Positions 1 through 54,171 of a DNA stretch of 64,000 bases are shown piece after piece. Every line of letters starts with the position of its first letter. Position 1 is the stretch's first letter. The notes under the pieces were generated by a model. It saw nothing but the letters and a program-made list of their open reading frames with translations, was not told the origin of the DNA and ran no database searches. Source of the stretch: the human T2T-CHM13v2.0 reference genome, Homo sapiens; NCBI RefSeq assembly GCF_009914755.1, contig NC_060941.1; one strand, given 5' to 3'. The position numbers were made by a program, and so were the translations under genes.

Positions 1-291
1 CTCAAAAAAAAAAAAAAAGATTCCAGTATGCAAGGAGATTTCCTTCACTGCTCAGAGCTTTAACAGATTGGTTTAATTAAAAAACTACCAGTCATGATCC
101 TATCACTTAAGAGGCCTCCACTCTGCCCCTGTAATCAAATACTCCGTTCCGTGGAGTGGCTGGAGTGTCTACTTTCAAGCTTGCCTGCCTTGGGCCTGTG
201 GAGACGCCCTGAGCACCCTCCCGCCCCGCGGTGACTGACTGAAGGGCTCTCATCTTCACCTCTGCGTCTCTCAGCTCCCCAAGTAGGGCTA

Positions 292-9608
<9,317 letters not shown>

Positions 9609-9910
9609 TCAGAGGTGAGCAGGCCTAGCAGGGCCCAGGCAGTCCTGCGGCCACTGACGTCGGCCTGGGAGGGTGGACAGGCCCCCGGCTCAGAGCCATC
9701 TGTGGTTCTGGGTTAGACCCATCCCTCCTCGTCTCTGGGCCTCAGGTGCCTCCTCTGCAGGGTGAGGTTGATAACCACCGCGCTGCCTCCCTCCCCACAC
9801 AGAACAAGGAAAACGGCCGGGGTGGCTGTCGTGGGCTGAATTCAGGGAGGATCTCGGTGATGAGGATGGCTCAGTCCAGAAGAGCCAAGCAGACTGTGTC
9901 CCTGGAATAG

Positions 9911-10360
<450 letters not shown>

Positions 10361-10793
10361 TGATTTGGAGCTGGTTGGTCTTCTAGGCCTAAACACCTAG
10401 AGATCAGCTGGCCGCTGGCAGCAGCATGTGTAGTTGGACACATGAGCTGATGCTATTTTCCACTCCCATCCTGCCCCATCCCCATGCTTCCCCTCCCTCT
10501 GGCTGGGCATCCCCACTCCCTGGCACCCAGGGGTGGCCCATACATCCCTCCCATAGCCTCTATTCCCATCGGGTCTCCACCTAAGGGCTTTTTCCTCTGT
10601 CTACCCTTGCACAAGTCCTATCACCACTCAGATGCTACTTCCCCTCAGGATCCAGCACTGATGCCGCCTCCTCCATGAAGCCCCCAGATCCCTGCCCTGC
10701 TCATGCTCCCCGCTGTCCTCCACACAGTGGCCCAGCCCACTGACCGCCTGTCCCACACAGCCTACCATGTGGTCCAGCAATTGCTATCTGTCA

Positions 10794-11240
<447 letters not shown>

Positions 11241-13951
11241 TCAGACCCTTCTAATTGCCATTTCCATAGGAAGTTAGGGAGATTACTGTTCCAGCAGTGG
11301 CTACATTCCGGAAAACAGCCGCAGAAGAAATGAGAGGCTTCTCAAGTCCTGCATTTTCTTTTTTTTTTTTTTTGAAATATATAATCAGGCAATCTCCCAA
11401 GCCAGAATGGCTCAGAGAGACTCCCAAGTCCTACATTTTCAAGTTAAAATTCAGGCAGTGAAACTCCAGAGCACACAACTGGGCCATGGCTGTAAACCAG
11501 CTACGTTCTGAATCTCAGATCCATGAAAACACAGAGGCAGCCTCACCACTCCGCAGGCTGTGAACAGGACGGACGGCTGGCTACTGGCCATCTCCCTGCC
11601 TGCCTGTTGATCCACTTTCAACAGGCCTGAGTCTTTCTCTGACTCACCCATCAGGTGGACCCCCTGCAGCAGGAGTGTTCCCGGCCACAGAAAGCCGATT
11701 CCCTCATCTCATCACTCAATACCTATCTACTGAGTCCTCCTCCTCAGAGTCCAGCCCTGCGCTGGGGGCACAGAGAGGAGTCAGCTCCCCGCTGAGACAG
11801 AAACCAGGTACTGGCTGGGCGGAGGGACTGCAGGAGGGGGCAGGGTGCTGAAGAGGGGTCCATGGCAGTTGGTGATGGATGAGCTGAGCCTGGGAAGGGA
11901 ACAGAGGTGGGCTAGGGTCTGGAGACAGACAGGGAAGCCTAGAGCAGCTGAAGAACGGGAAGTCAGTGGGACAGGAAGACAGGAGGCCGGGTTAGAACCA
12001 GATGGCCGTCAGCCTTAACTCCAAGGAATTGAAAGCCAACATGGTTGCATGGATGATGCTTTGGAAGCCTGGGGGGCCGGGTGCTAGTCTTCCCTTTCTG
12101 AAGATAACACCCCGTCAAGGACCGTTCACAGTGCGGACAGCCCTGGCAGCACTTAAAAGGCACCAGAAGCGAATGAGAAGCAGAATCGTTGATGCGTCTG
12201 AGCACGTGCACAAAGCAGACACGGTTCTCAGGACTCGCATTCCTTCACCCACTTCATTCCCACAACATCCCTAAGAGGGAAATACTTCACCGATGAGGAG
12301 ACCGAGGCACAGAGCAGTTATGGCACGTCCCCGAGGTCACACAGTCAGAGATGGAACCCGGACTTGACCCCAGGCAGGCTGGCTCCAGAGCATCTCCAGT
12401 GCTCCACCACGATGCTGGAGGTCTGGGGCTCTTTCTCAGCAGTTCAACTCAGACCCAGACTCCACAGCAGGGCCTGGGGGCCAATCAGAATAGGCCCTCT
12501 CACCCAAGGGGCTAGGCATAAGACCTGAACCTGAAGCACCTCTCGCTCAAACAAGCAGCTCAGGAACCCCAAAATGCAGTGTGAATAAGACCCAGGTCAT
12601 ACCCATGCCTGGCTGTCCCAGGGATGTCTATGGTCTCCAAGAATAAGCTAAGAATAAGAATAGGGGCTGCTCGTTAGGCAGCCCAGCAAGAGAGCACCTG
12701 TTAGCCGGAGCCTCCCATGAACCTTTCGGCAATGTTCTTTGTCAGCGGCGTTGCCTTTTCCTCTGACGGGTCCCAGTCCAACCAAACCCAGCCAACAGGA
12801 AGCAGCCTGGATTGTGCTATCATTCAGTCAGTCGACAAACGCTGAATCTATACTGCACACTCTGCACCTGATTCCCTACTGGAAACCAAGCTTCTTCCAG
12901 GGAACGGGGTGGGACAGGAACTGAGGGGTCATGTGCCCTGGGCTGGGCCGGGGAACAGGGTCAGGACAGCCCTCCACTGCCAGGCCTGGAGTGTACCCTG
13001 CACCTAAGCCCGTGGTGATGCACCTGTCACCGCAAAACATTCTACAGTGATCAGGGGAACTTCTACCGTGATTTAGGCAAACGAGTGTTGGCTGTGTGAT
13101 GGAGATGGTGATTCTGGTTTACACAAGACTCACAAACTCATCAATCTGGACTAAAGGACAATCCTAAAAGAATCGATTCTGCCCACAGAGACGTGGTATG
13201 ATCTGAGTCTTTCTCAACTCCAAAGCCAGAACAGATACTGCCTACCCTCTGGGGGAAGGATCCCTTCTCTCCCCAATGCAAGTGAGACAACATGGGGTGT
13301 GGCTCCCCTGCTCCTCTCTCTGCCCAAAGCATCCATCCATCCATCCATCCATCCAAGTTCTTGGGAGCACCTCCCGCTCGCCACTGGGGACTTTCTGGAA
13401 GCTGGGAGAACGCTGGCCCAGGACCCAGCCAGATTATTCTCAGTAGTCCCTTCTGTCAAAGGGAGGCAGTAGGCTGCGGGCTTCCCAACCCAGGGGTGAA
13501 GAACAAAGAGATAGGACAGCAGCACAAGGACCCAGTGTGCCTGCTTCCCAGCCCTGCGCTCGTCCACTCCACAGAGAGGGCGACACGCTGAAAACCTCCG
13601 GCCACACACCAGCAATCTCAGCAGCAGCTGCAGCCTCCTCCCCCGAGGACGGCTGATGCAGGAGCAACAAGAACAAACCCCAGTAACAACAACCTCCACT
13701 CTCACCTCCCAGGTGCTTCCAAGGAGCCAGGCTGAGGGCACCACAAGTTCGCTTCAGGCTCACGACCACCTTTGAGGCAGCCACTCTTACTACCCCCCGT
13801 TTTCAGATAAGGTAACTGGGGCACAGAGAGGTGAGTGGACCTGCCCACAGTCGCACAGCTGGGAAGTGACAGGGCCCGGCTTTTGGCCACTCACTATGCC
13901 ATCTTAAAAGCTAATGTCTGCATTGGCCATCAGACAAAGAAAGGGACTCAC

Positions 13952-14150
13952 CAGCTAGACGCAGGCACACCCCAGGCCCACGGGTGCTTGTGAGCTTGAA
14001 GGCGGTTGCTACTCGAAGGGAGAGCTGGGCTCGTGTGGGAGAAGAGTGGTCTCCCCGCCTCCGTGGGGTCCCGGGCCCGGCCCTGGCAGCAGCTGCCCTG
14101 CACTAGCAGGAGTCGCTGTGGACGCCCTTCGGCACTCAAGGAAAAAACGC
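13952..14150 (-). other. TRPV1: TRPV1 alternative non-coding first exon (proximal promoter); 5' end approximate
   Basis: Consensus donor CTG|gtgagt at 13952 in a GC/CpG-rich non-repeat block; the junction ...gcgtctagctg/gttgcacac matches my recollection of a TRPV1 cDNA. Confidence 0.7.
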
Positions 14151-14564
14151 TTCCAGCGATGCAAGCAGCTGCCTTTGCTGCGGCTCTGATTCCCAGAGGA
14201 TCCCAAAGCTTTTCCCATCATTTTTGCCCTTTTTCAGAAACCACTTAGCTGCTGCCCCTCCTCCAGCCATGCCAGGGCTGCAGAGCACTTACCAGAGCCA
14301 GCCAGAGCTGCAACCTCAGCTCTCAGGAAAGGAGGGCGCTGCTCGGCCTCTCAAACCTGTGGCTCCTGCCCCCGGAGGTCTGGGAAACGGCTCCACAAAT
14401 GACATTCACAACCAGCGACGTCAAAACTAGCGTCCTGTAACTGTTCCGTTTTCAAAATAAAGAGGGAATGGAGGGTCGTGCTGCCCGCCACACAGTACTG
14501 GCCTGGCATTAGGGACTTGTTTTGAGAGTCCGAGCAACCTTGAACTAGTCCCTAACTCTCTTAG

Positions 14565-15164
<600 letters not shown>

Positions 15165-15513
15165 TAGGTATGCATCCAGGCTGCGGCCCAAATGCCCTGC
15201 AAAAACCATCCTAGCAGCTGCCTGCGGGACGCCAACAAGCCGTAGGGCAGGCCCAGCCTGGAATAAGCAGCCACTGCCAGGGAGGCCCTCATAGCCCTGC
15301 CTGGGGTCGCTTGAAAGCTCTGACCCCTGAGTCAAGGCATTGAAGTGTGGCCACCCCATCAATTCCGCACAGCAGTTGACAAAGAGCTTTCCCAAACCCG
15401 CTCTCGCAGGCCGTACAGCAACCCCGGGCAGTGGGAGGGCAGAGACTGTCATACCCATTTTACAGGTGAGAAATGTGTGACGCTGGGCAATTAGACAACC
15501 GATAATTAGATAA

Positions 15514-15837
<324 letters not shown>

Positions 15838-16112
15838 TGATCCACCTGCCTCGGCCTCCCAAAGTGCTGGGATCATAGGCGTGAGCCACCGCGCCTGGCC
15901 GCTTAGACACCTGTTTATGCTATGTGTGTCATGTTAGCTTCAATTAATATGAACGTTAGAATTCATTCTTGTTTATAAATTGTGGCAAAAGGCCGGGCGC
16001 GGTGGCTCATGCCTGTAACCCCAGCACTTTGGGAGGCCGAGGCAGGTGGATCACCTGAGGTCAGGAGTTTGAGACCAGGCCTGACCAACATGGTGAAACC
16101 CCATCTCTACTA

Positions 16113-16271
<159 letters not shown>

Positions 16272-16289
16272 TCAAAATATATATTTATA

Positions 16290-17160
<871 letters not shown>

Positions 17161-17419
17161 CTGTCATATATAAAAGACTCAGCAGTGGTGACCTCTCAAC
17201 TTTCTAGTCCTCTGGGATCATTTCCTTCTAACAATGTGGGATAGAGCAATGGCTGGGAAAGGGGAGGGTCATGCTTCTTCTCCAGAACCATTGCCTTAGC
17301 CTCCAAAGTGATTTCTGCCTCCAATAAAGACAGCACGGAGCCGGGCACGGTGGCTCAAGCCTGTAATCCTAGCACTTTGGGAGGCAGAAGTGGGCGGACT
17401 GTCTGAGGTCAGGAGTTCA

Positions 17420-17599
<180 letters not shown>

Positions 17600-18650
17600 C
17601 TACAGAGCGAGACTCCATTTAAAAAAAACAAAACGAAACAAAACAAAAGACAGCACCATTTCCAGTGAACACAGCACACATCACTAAATGTGTCCTGTCC
17701 TCTTTGTTAACAGAGCCCTTGGTGCTAACAGTATCACCGGAGTCTACAGGGCACAGTGCCTGCTCAGAGGCCTGCAGGGGAAGTCCCGGCCCTCCTCCTG
17801 CCCTGGCCACTCCTGCCGGGACTCCCTGGCTGCTCTCCTCTTCTTGCCGTTCCCCACACCTGGGGGTCCAAGGACCCCGTCCGCAGCCTTATCTTCTCCA
17901 GCTCCACCACTGTCCTTGGAGACCTTCGCCTGGCCCCTCCCAAGGACCTCTCTGATGTGTCCAAGTCAGCGGCTGCTTCATCCAGAGTCCACCCAGCCCT
18001 CTTCCCTGAGCTCCATCCCTGCCTCCCTGAATCTGCAGGTGAAGCCCACAAGCCCCCTCCCCCCGGCATAACCCACAATGGGCTCCTGTTCCCTCCACAT
18101 TCACTCCCCTCCCGCTCCCTGCAGCAGTCCCTGCCTGGAAAGGCATCAACTTCCTTCTGGCCACCAAACCCGGTGCCCTTTGTGACCTCCAGCCTCTCCT
18201 TCTCGGCCCTCCCTGGGCTGTTTCTGTGGCTTCCGTCCATCCCTCCTCTACCTGGGAGCCCCTTCTTCTCACCTGAATGACCAGAAGTGCCTCCTTTCCC
18301 TGGTCCAACCTCCCACAACCCCTCACCTCCAGATCAACAGTCCTGGAAGCTCATCCTGATCAGGCCCCCTTGCCTCTCAGGGGTCCCCACTGCTGAGCAA
18401 CGCCCTACCCCCACACCCTGAGCCCACAGACCCAGTCTCCTCTCCCACCGAAACCCACCTTCTGTCACCTGGGCACACCCCTTCCCAGCCACACTAAACG
18501 TGCTGACTCCACCCTTTCCCCCACCCTCCTCCATCCCAGTACCCCACTTAACCCATCTTCAAGTGCGAGGTGAGCCCTAGGGATGCTCAAATCCCACCTT
18601 CTCCCAAAGGCCCCAGCATAAAGAGCTCATTTCTCACCTTTTTTTTTTAA

Positions 18651-18908
<258 letters not shown>

Positions 18909-19752
18909 TGAGCTACCACGCCCAACTCCAGAAGTGCTCACTTCTAAACTCCTACAGGAACTTCAACCAATGCGCTTCCTATGGCAACGGGCACAGTACT
19001 CATGGCCACAATGATGACAACAGTAATGGCTGTGAATATGTGTTGAGTGCGTACAACGTCCTGGGTGTTGGCATGAGCACTTTATATGCACTATCTCATC
19101 AGACCTCAGTAAGAGTTCATGAGGTGAGTACAATTTTGTCCCCGTTTTACTGATAAGGAAAGAAGCACAGACAGGCTACACACCTGCCGAAGGACAGTGA
19201 CAGCTCTACTAGTCTCGTCTGGAGCTTTCTAAATCTTGTATAGACATGTAACGTCATGATTTTCTTGTGTCTTGCTTTGCAGATTTAAGCAGCTCCAGGG
19301 TGAGATAAATACGGCTCTCGTGCCCTCCCCTCTCTGAACCTAGCTTGCACCTTGCTCAAAGCAGCACTCAGGAAACGTTTGTTGGCGTGGTTTTTGGCTT
19401 TATCTGAACAGCACCTTCACGGAGTGATTCCACTAAAACTCTCGACATGGTGGCGGGGACAAGACCTCAGGGCTGGCCATCACTGCCATCAGTGTGGTTT
19501 TCTGGGTCATCATTTGAAACAGGATGTTCTTGCATTTATGTAATGATGTACCCATTAAAACTCCTTGTGAGTAGAAAAGTTTTAATGACTTCTGGGAGGG
19601 AGGGTGGTTTTCTAAGTTCAGGTTTGATGGGAGCGAGAGGCAGCTCAGGAAAGCGTCTGCGGACGCGCCAGCCGGCGGCTGGGCCAAATCTGGAATGGCA
19701 GATGCTAAACACCGCCACCGTCGCTAATGGTGACAGTTTTCTCTTAGTGTTA

Positions 19753-19766
19753 CCACTAGGGGGCAC
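19753..19766 (+). promoter_or_regulatory. CTCF consensus site
   Basis: CCACTAGGGGGCAC matches the CTCF core in a CpG-retaining non-repeat block. Confidence 0.65.
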
Positions 19767-21413
19767 ATTGACTTAAGCTGAGCTCTTGACATTAAGCTGA
19801 GCTCTTGACACTGGCCATCGGAGACAAATTTCTTTTCTTCACTCACCTGGGTTCCTCTCAAGATTCGAGCCCCAGCCGGCCTCAGTGGCTCACGCCCGTA
19901 ATCCCAGCACTTTGGGAGGCCGAGGCGGGTGGATCGCCTGAGGTCGGGAGTTCGAGACCAGCCTGGCCAACATGGAGAAACCCCGTCTCTACTAAAAATA
20001 CAAAATTAGCCAGGCGTGGTGGTGCATGCCTGTAATCCCAGCTACTCGGGAGGCTGAGGCAGGAGAATCACTTGAACCCAGGAGGTGGAGGTTGCATGAG
20101 CTGAGAGCACGCCATTGCACTCCAGCCTGGGCAACAAGAGCAAAACTCCATCTCAAAAAATTAAAATTAAAATTAAAAAAAAAAAAGAAAAATACCCTCC
20201 TTCCTGCATTTCGTCTCTGTGTTCCTGTCACCGGGTGCCCAAGAGTCTAAAAGACCAGCTTCCGTGGAGGGCAGCGGTCTGCGAGCCGGTCAGCACCCTC
20301 CAGAAGTGGCTAGAGCTTGAAGTCTGAGCTGGGGAGGGGTCAGACACCCAGTCAGCACAGAACGCTGGAGCCCCGCTCTGCAGAGCTGTGTTCCAGGGCA
20401 GGGACTGGGAACAAGAGGGACGAGGGCCAATGGAGGGTCAGCAGGTGGGTAGAACCTGGACCTTGGATGGAAGAGGCCCGCGTGTGCTAGATGCCGGCTG
20501 TATGGACTCCGGCTGGTAGCTGAACCTCTGGGTCTACTTCTTCCTCCACAAAATTACAGCCAAGAACACCTGCCCTACCTGCTTTACGAGGCTTTTCTGG
20601 GATTAGTCAGGATAGTGGGTGTGAATGGGCTCTGAGCCTGGTAAAGCTCTAGGCAGGCATGAGAGATGACTGCTCTCATCTTCATTATTTCAGCCTGAGG
20701 ACCACATCTGCTGACTGCTGAGCTGTATCCGGCCATTAGCTCGAAGTTATGACTAATTGTTTTTTAATGAAAAAAACAAGGTTTGCTTAATGTTTGATGA
20801 GTCACGCAAGTGAGCATCTCTGTATCAGGACTCTCCCACTTTCAAAGACTTGGCCTGTCCATCTACCTGTGGCTGAGGGGAGAGGCCAGGTGAGACCCTC
20901 TCTCCTGAGGGCCCACCATGTGCTATACAAATCCCCTAGCAGAGCAGTAGGGTCAACAGGGTGGTCTCTGCGCTCAAGAAGCCCACGATGGACAGGAAAG
21001 GAAGATGTGCACAGGCTCTCTCTTGACACTAGGCAGGGCAGGGCACCCTGTAACAGGCACAGGCCAGGGGCTCTGGGGCCAACAGACCATGCCAACAACA
21101 AATGTTGAGCCGGGTCTTGGCCTCCCCTGCAGTTGTAATCAGATGGCGTATGTGTCACCAGGGAGGCCCTTTGCAGAGGGCAGATGCCATTTGGGCTGGG
21201 CCTTGGACAAGGAGAAGGATTCTGCCCCACAAGGAGGACATTCCAAACATGGGCCTTGGCATGAGCTAAGGTGCAGGAGGACAGGGCTGAGGACACCTAG
21301 GCACCTGCTCTCAAAGAGCTTTCAGTCCACTTCAGAAGAAGAGAAAAATAGGCCAGGCGTGGTGGCTCATGCCTGTAATCCCAGCACTTTGGGAGGCTGA
21401 GGCGGGCGGATCA

Positions 21414-21626
<213 letters not shown>

Positions 21627-22251
21627 TCAAAAAGTCTCAAAAAAAAAAAAAGAAAAAGAAAAAGAAAAAAAGAAGAAGAAGAGAAAAGTAGAGAACATGA
21701 AAGCCACATACACATGATGTGGACGGGGTCAAGGCCCAGAGGCAGGCAGTGTGTGGCGGGAGGAAAAGCAGCGGCTGGTGGGCTGGAGTCCCCTACCCTG
21801 CCCTGAACTGGGTCTGGCCCACCATCTCTCCAGGCTGTTTTACAGCCTCCTGTCTCCCAGAACACCCTTCCTCCAATCCAGCGTCCACACTGTCAGCTAC
21901 ACTCCCAAGGCCCCAGTCCTCCAAACCCCACTGTCTACAGGAGACAGTCCAATCCCCTCAGGCGGGCATGCAAGACCCTTCACAGTCTGCCCAACACGTC
22001 CAGCCACAACTCCTATAAACATCCTTCCATTCACACTATGACCAAGTTACACCAATTTGTCACACTCTGGACATGACGATCACTTTAATGTAAACACATT
22101 TACCTAGCCTGACCCCACTGCCTAGTTGCTAAAGAGAGTGGGTTCGCTCTGGGGTTTGAATCCTAGCACTGTGATCTCAGGTAAGTTACTTAACTTTTTT
22201 GTTTATCTATCTCTCCATGTGTGAAATGGGGATAACACTACCCACCTTCTA

Positions 22252-22588
<337 letters not shown>

Positions 22589-22914
22589 TCAGATCCCAGT
22601 ACACAGCAGGTACTCAAAAAAAAATGTTAACTGTCGTTAGTAACCATGGATGGAAACCCTTGGAGGTTTAGCTCAATGTGACTTGTGTAAAGAATGAATT
22701 TCTCCTCCCTCTGGGCATAGAGGTGCTGTCATTGTCTGTGTCTTTTTCTTTTCCTAGGGTCTGTTTATGTAACCAACTGTTGGTATTTTTCCATTGCCTC
22801 GTGATGGAAATTCAACGGGGGGCAGTCTCTGAGAGAACACCCAGCTACTACTGGGCGCTCAGAAAATGTGGCTGCCTGGGTCTGTGCTGGGTGCATGGGA
22901 GACGTCCCAGGTGC

Positions 22915-23570
<656 letters not shown>

Positions 23571-24173
23571 GATGGCCAGCAAAGGAGCCCCGCTCACCAC
23601 TTCTTCAGAAGCATGCCGGCCTCAAACCACTTACTGGCACCTCCTGGGAAGGAGGGTGGGTTGTGCACGTGGTTGTGACTTCAGGCAGCTGCACTCATCC
23701 CCCACCTAGACGGAGGCTCCAGGCCTCAGGCAACGGAAGCAGCAGGAGCAGCCCTGTTTATTGACAAACTGGGACCCTCCAAGGCTCAGTCCTCAGAGGC
23801 AGAGTGAATGCATAGTCTGGAAAGAGGACAGAGAGTTCCGGGGCCACACCAGGCACAAGGCTGGGCTGCCTGAGCTTGCTGGATGTCCATCCCGTTCCTA
23901 ACCTTACATTTGCAGACCCCATCCACTGCATGCTGGGCAGGCGAGACAGGCTGCCACTCTGAGATTAGACGGCCTGGCTCCTCCCAAAAGACAAAGGACG
24001 CTGGTAAACTCAGCCTACTCTTCTCTCTCATGCAGCCTTCCTCAGGGCTGCAATGACAGCATCTTAAACTCATTTGGCTGAAAGAAAAATTACAGTAGCA
24101 GGCCAGGCATGGTGGCTAACGCCTGTAATCCCAGCACTTTGGGAGGCTGAGGCAGGTGGATCACCTGAGGTCA

Positions 24174-25733
<1,560 letters not shown>

Positions 25734-25753
25734 TGGACAGCTTTCCTGGGTGA

Positions 25754-26054
<301 letters not shown>

Positions 26055-26343
26055 TAGCTGGGATTACAGGCATGCGCCACCACGCCCGGCTTGTATTTTT
26101 AGTAGAGACGGGGTATCCCCATGTTGGTCAGGCTGGTCTTGAACTCCTGACCTCAGGTGATTCACCCACTTGGGCTTCCCAAAGTGCTGGGATTACAGGC
26201 GGGAGCCAACATGCCCGGCCAAGAATGGGCTTTAGTATCTGACATTTGGCCAGAGTGATCAGGCATTTGCTCTCATCTTAGAGCTTCCAGATAATCACAT
26301 AATTTGTAAAATGACATTTATAAAGAGACAATATGTTTCATAC

Positions 26344-26460
26344 CTGTCATGGATACTGAGAGAGAGAGAGAGAGAGAGAGAATACGACTGCTTCCCAAAC
26401 TCGTGGTTGCCAGCGTGACTCTGGGCCAGGCCTGCCTGAGCCTGGGCTCCTTTGGGAGTC
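26344..26460 (-). other. TRPV1: TRPV1 distal non-coding exon 1, within the SHPK 3'UTR; 5' end approximate
   Basis: Donor GACAG|gtatga at 26344, preceded by (TC)12; matches recalled cDNA. Confidence 0.7.
26358..26381. repeat. (GA)12 microsatellite
   Basis: Direct reading. Confidence 0.95.
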
Positions 26461-27590
26461 TAGAAGTAGATGCGGCAATGGTGGCCCCCTCCTGGAAGCC
26501 ACCCCACAGCCATCCCTACCAATCACAAGAAGGCTTACAACGCTCTGGGATCCCTACAGGGATGCCAACTCAAATGGATGTTTCTGCTGAGCCAGGAGCA
26601 CACACTGGGCCAGCAAAGCCCACGCCAAGCGAAAGGAGAGCCTGGGCCTATGGGATACAGAGTTCTCTTTGAATAAACTACCTGCCCCATCTGGCAGGAG
26701 TCTGCCTGGCTGCATCCCTTCCCATGAGGGCTTCTGGAATGTGCAGGGGCAAAAACACTGCTGCACAGACATGCTCCTGGCAAGGGGTCCTGCTGGTGCC
26801 TTGTCAGGTTCTGGAGTGGTGTGAGCTGCACAGCATCGGTCCCCCTTGCTGCTCATGCCATCCGCCTCTCCTTCTCGCAACCTGCCTTCCAGGCAGTTGT
26901 GCTGTGAAGACCTGGGCGGCCTGGGTGCAGCAAGCTCTCCTGAGGCTGAGTACATGCAGCAAGAAGGCCGGCACACAGCCCCGCATCGTCTTCTGAGCCT
27001 GCCTGCTGCATCGCGCTTGGGTCAATCCCTGGCCCAGCTAAGCATCTGCAGCCAGGGGAGGATGAGACTAGGAAAGGGGCCTCCGGTCACATGGTTCAGT
27101 CCAGGAGACAAGAACTTTTCCAGAAGTCCATACGACCCGAGTGTGGGCTTCAGGTCTCCAAAAACGATAATCACAAGCTGGGCATGGGGCAGTTCTCTTT
27201 TCCCACTTGGGACCAAAGCCACCAGACTTTCTGGTGTCTGAAGTACACATTGATCTGCTCTCTGTCTACAGGTGAACCACAGATGAGCCTGCTGACCAGC
27301 AGGCTGGGCTACTGTGCTCTCATGCTCTCTCTCTCCCACATGGACATTTGTAAATAGCTCCCAGGTGGGTCAATTTCGGAAGGCACTCATTTGGGATCTG
27401 GCTGACGGCTCCTGGCTGCATTATTAGAGTATGTTCTGAAGGTAAGTTCTTGGCCAAGATGGGACCTCACAACAAGCACTGCTTGAAAGCTGTCCACTGA
27501 ACGGTCCAGGGAAAGGATGACCCACAGATGGTGTCAGGAATGTTAATCAGGTAAAATTCACAGCAGTCGTTTGGCGAAAGAGTTTGCTGT

Positions 27591-53284
<25,694 letters not shown>

Positions 53285-53706
53285 TATCTCCCTGACCCGC
53301 GCAGCTCCAGTCTGCAGCCAGCGGCCCCACAAGTCCGCGCTCTTCGCCCAGGGGGGCGGGGCAGGGGCGGGGAGTCGCCTGCCAATCTTTCAGCCACACC
53401 CAACATGGAGGCTTCTCGTCTTCCCACTGGCCGGGGAAGGCGAGCTTCCACGCAACCTCTCGGCGGGCCCCGGCTATAGGCGGAGAGGCGGCGGAAGGCG
53501 GGACCTAAAGGGGGCCCCGCCCCACGGGCTCTGATTTCCGCCCAATGGAGGGCGGTCTGAGCTTCGCTCACGAAAGGAGCCGGGAGGCGCTGGCGGCTCC
53601 AAGAGTCTCTGTGTCCCTGGCAGCGGACCTCATCTTCCCTCACGCCGGAGCCCCGATCTCTGCGCCCCGGCCCGACCCAGCTGCGCTCTGTCCGTCTAAG
53701 ACGCGC

Positions 53707-53724
53707 GGAAACTACAACTCCCAG
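53707..53724 (+). promoter_or_regulatory. ACTACAnnTCCCA motif (ZNF143/THAP11-HCF1 type)
   Basis: GGAAACTACAACTCCCAG, full match to a motif enriched at bidirectional promoters. Confidence 0.75.
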
Positions 53725-53754
53725 AGCTCATCTCGCCGAGATCCGGCCCCACGA

Positions 53755-53778
53755 GTCAGGTGGCGGAGGTCAGGTGAC
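53755..53778 (+). promoter_or_regulatory. Tandem CLEAR-like elements (TFEB/TFE3) at the CTNS start site
   Basis: GTCAGGTGGC (53755-53764) and GTCAGGTGAC (53769-53778) versus consensus GTCACGTGAC; CTNS is a lysosomal gene. Confidence 0.6.
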
Positions 53779-53786
53779 AGCGGACC

Positions 53787-53896
53787 CGCCTCTCCCAAAG
53801 TCTAGCCGGGCAGGGGAACGCGGTGCATTCCTGACCGGCACCTGGCGAGGCTCATGCGTCCCGTGAGGGCGGTTCCTCGAGCCTGGGGGCGCTCAG
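53787..53896 (+). other. CTNS: CTNS exon 1 (non-coding; start approximate)
   Basis: Donor TCAG|gtgaga at 53896 in the CpG island. Confidence 0.85.
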
Positions 53897-54171
53897 GTGA
53901 GAGCGGACGCGGCCTCCCCTGTTTCCCAGGCGGACCCCTTGAGGCACAGCAGGTCAGCGGGGCAGCCTGCCGGGGGTCCAGCGCCCTCAGCCGCGGCGGG
54001 CTCCTTTCCCCGCCACCAGTGCTGGCCTCGCGACACGGGACAACCCCCGGGTGGAAGGGCCCGAGCGGTGGTCAGCCGAGGCAGGGGCAGCGGGCTGCCG
54101 GGGTGGGTGCCGTTCCCAGCCCCTTACCTTCTGCTCAGTTGCCGCCTGGGTCTCGGTTGGGGAATTTGCAG

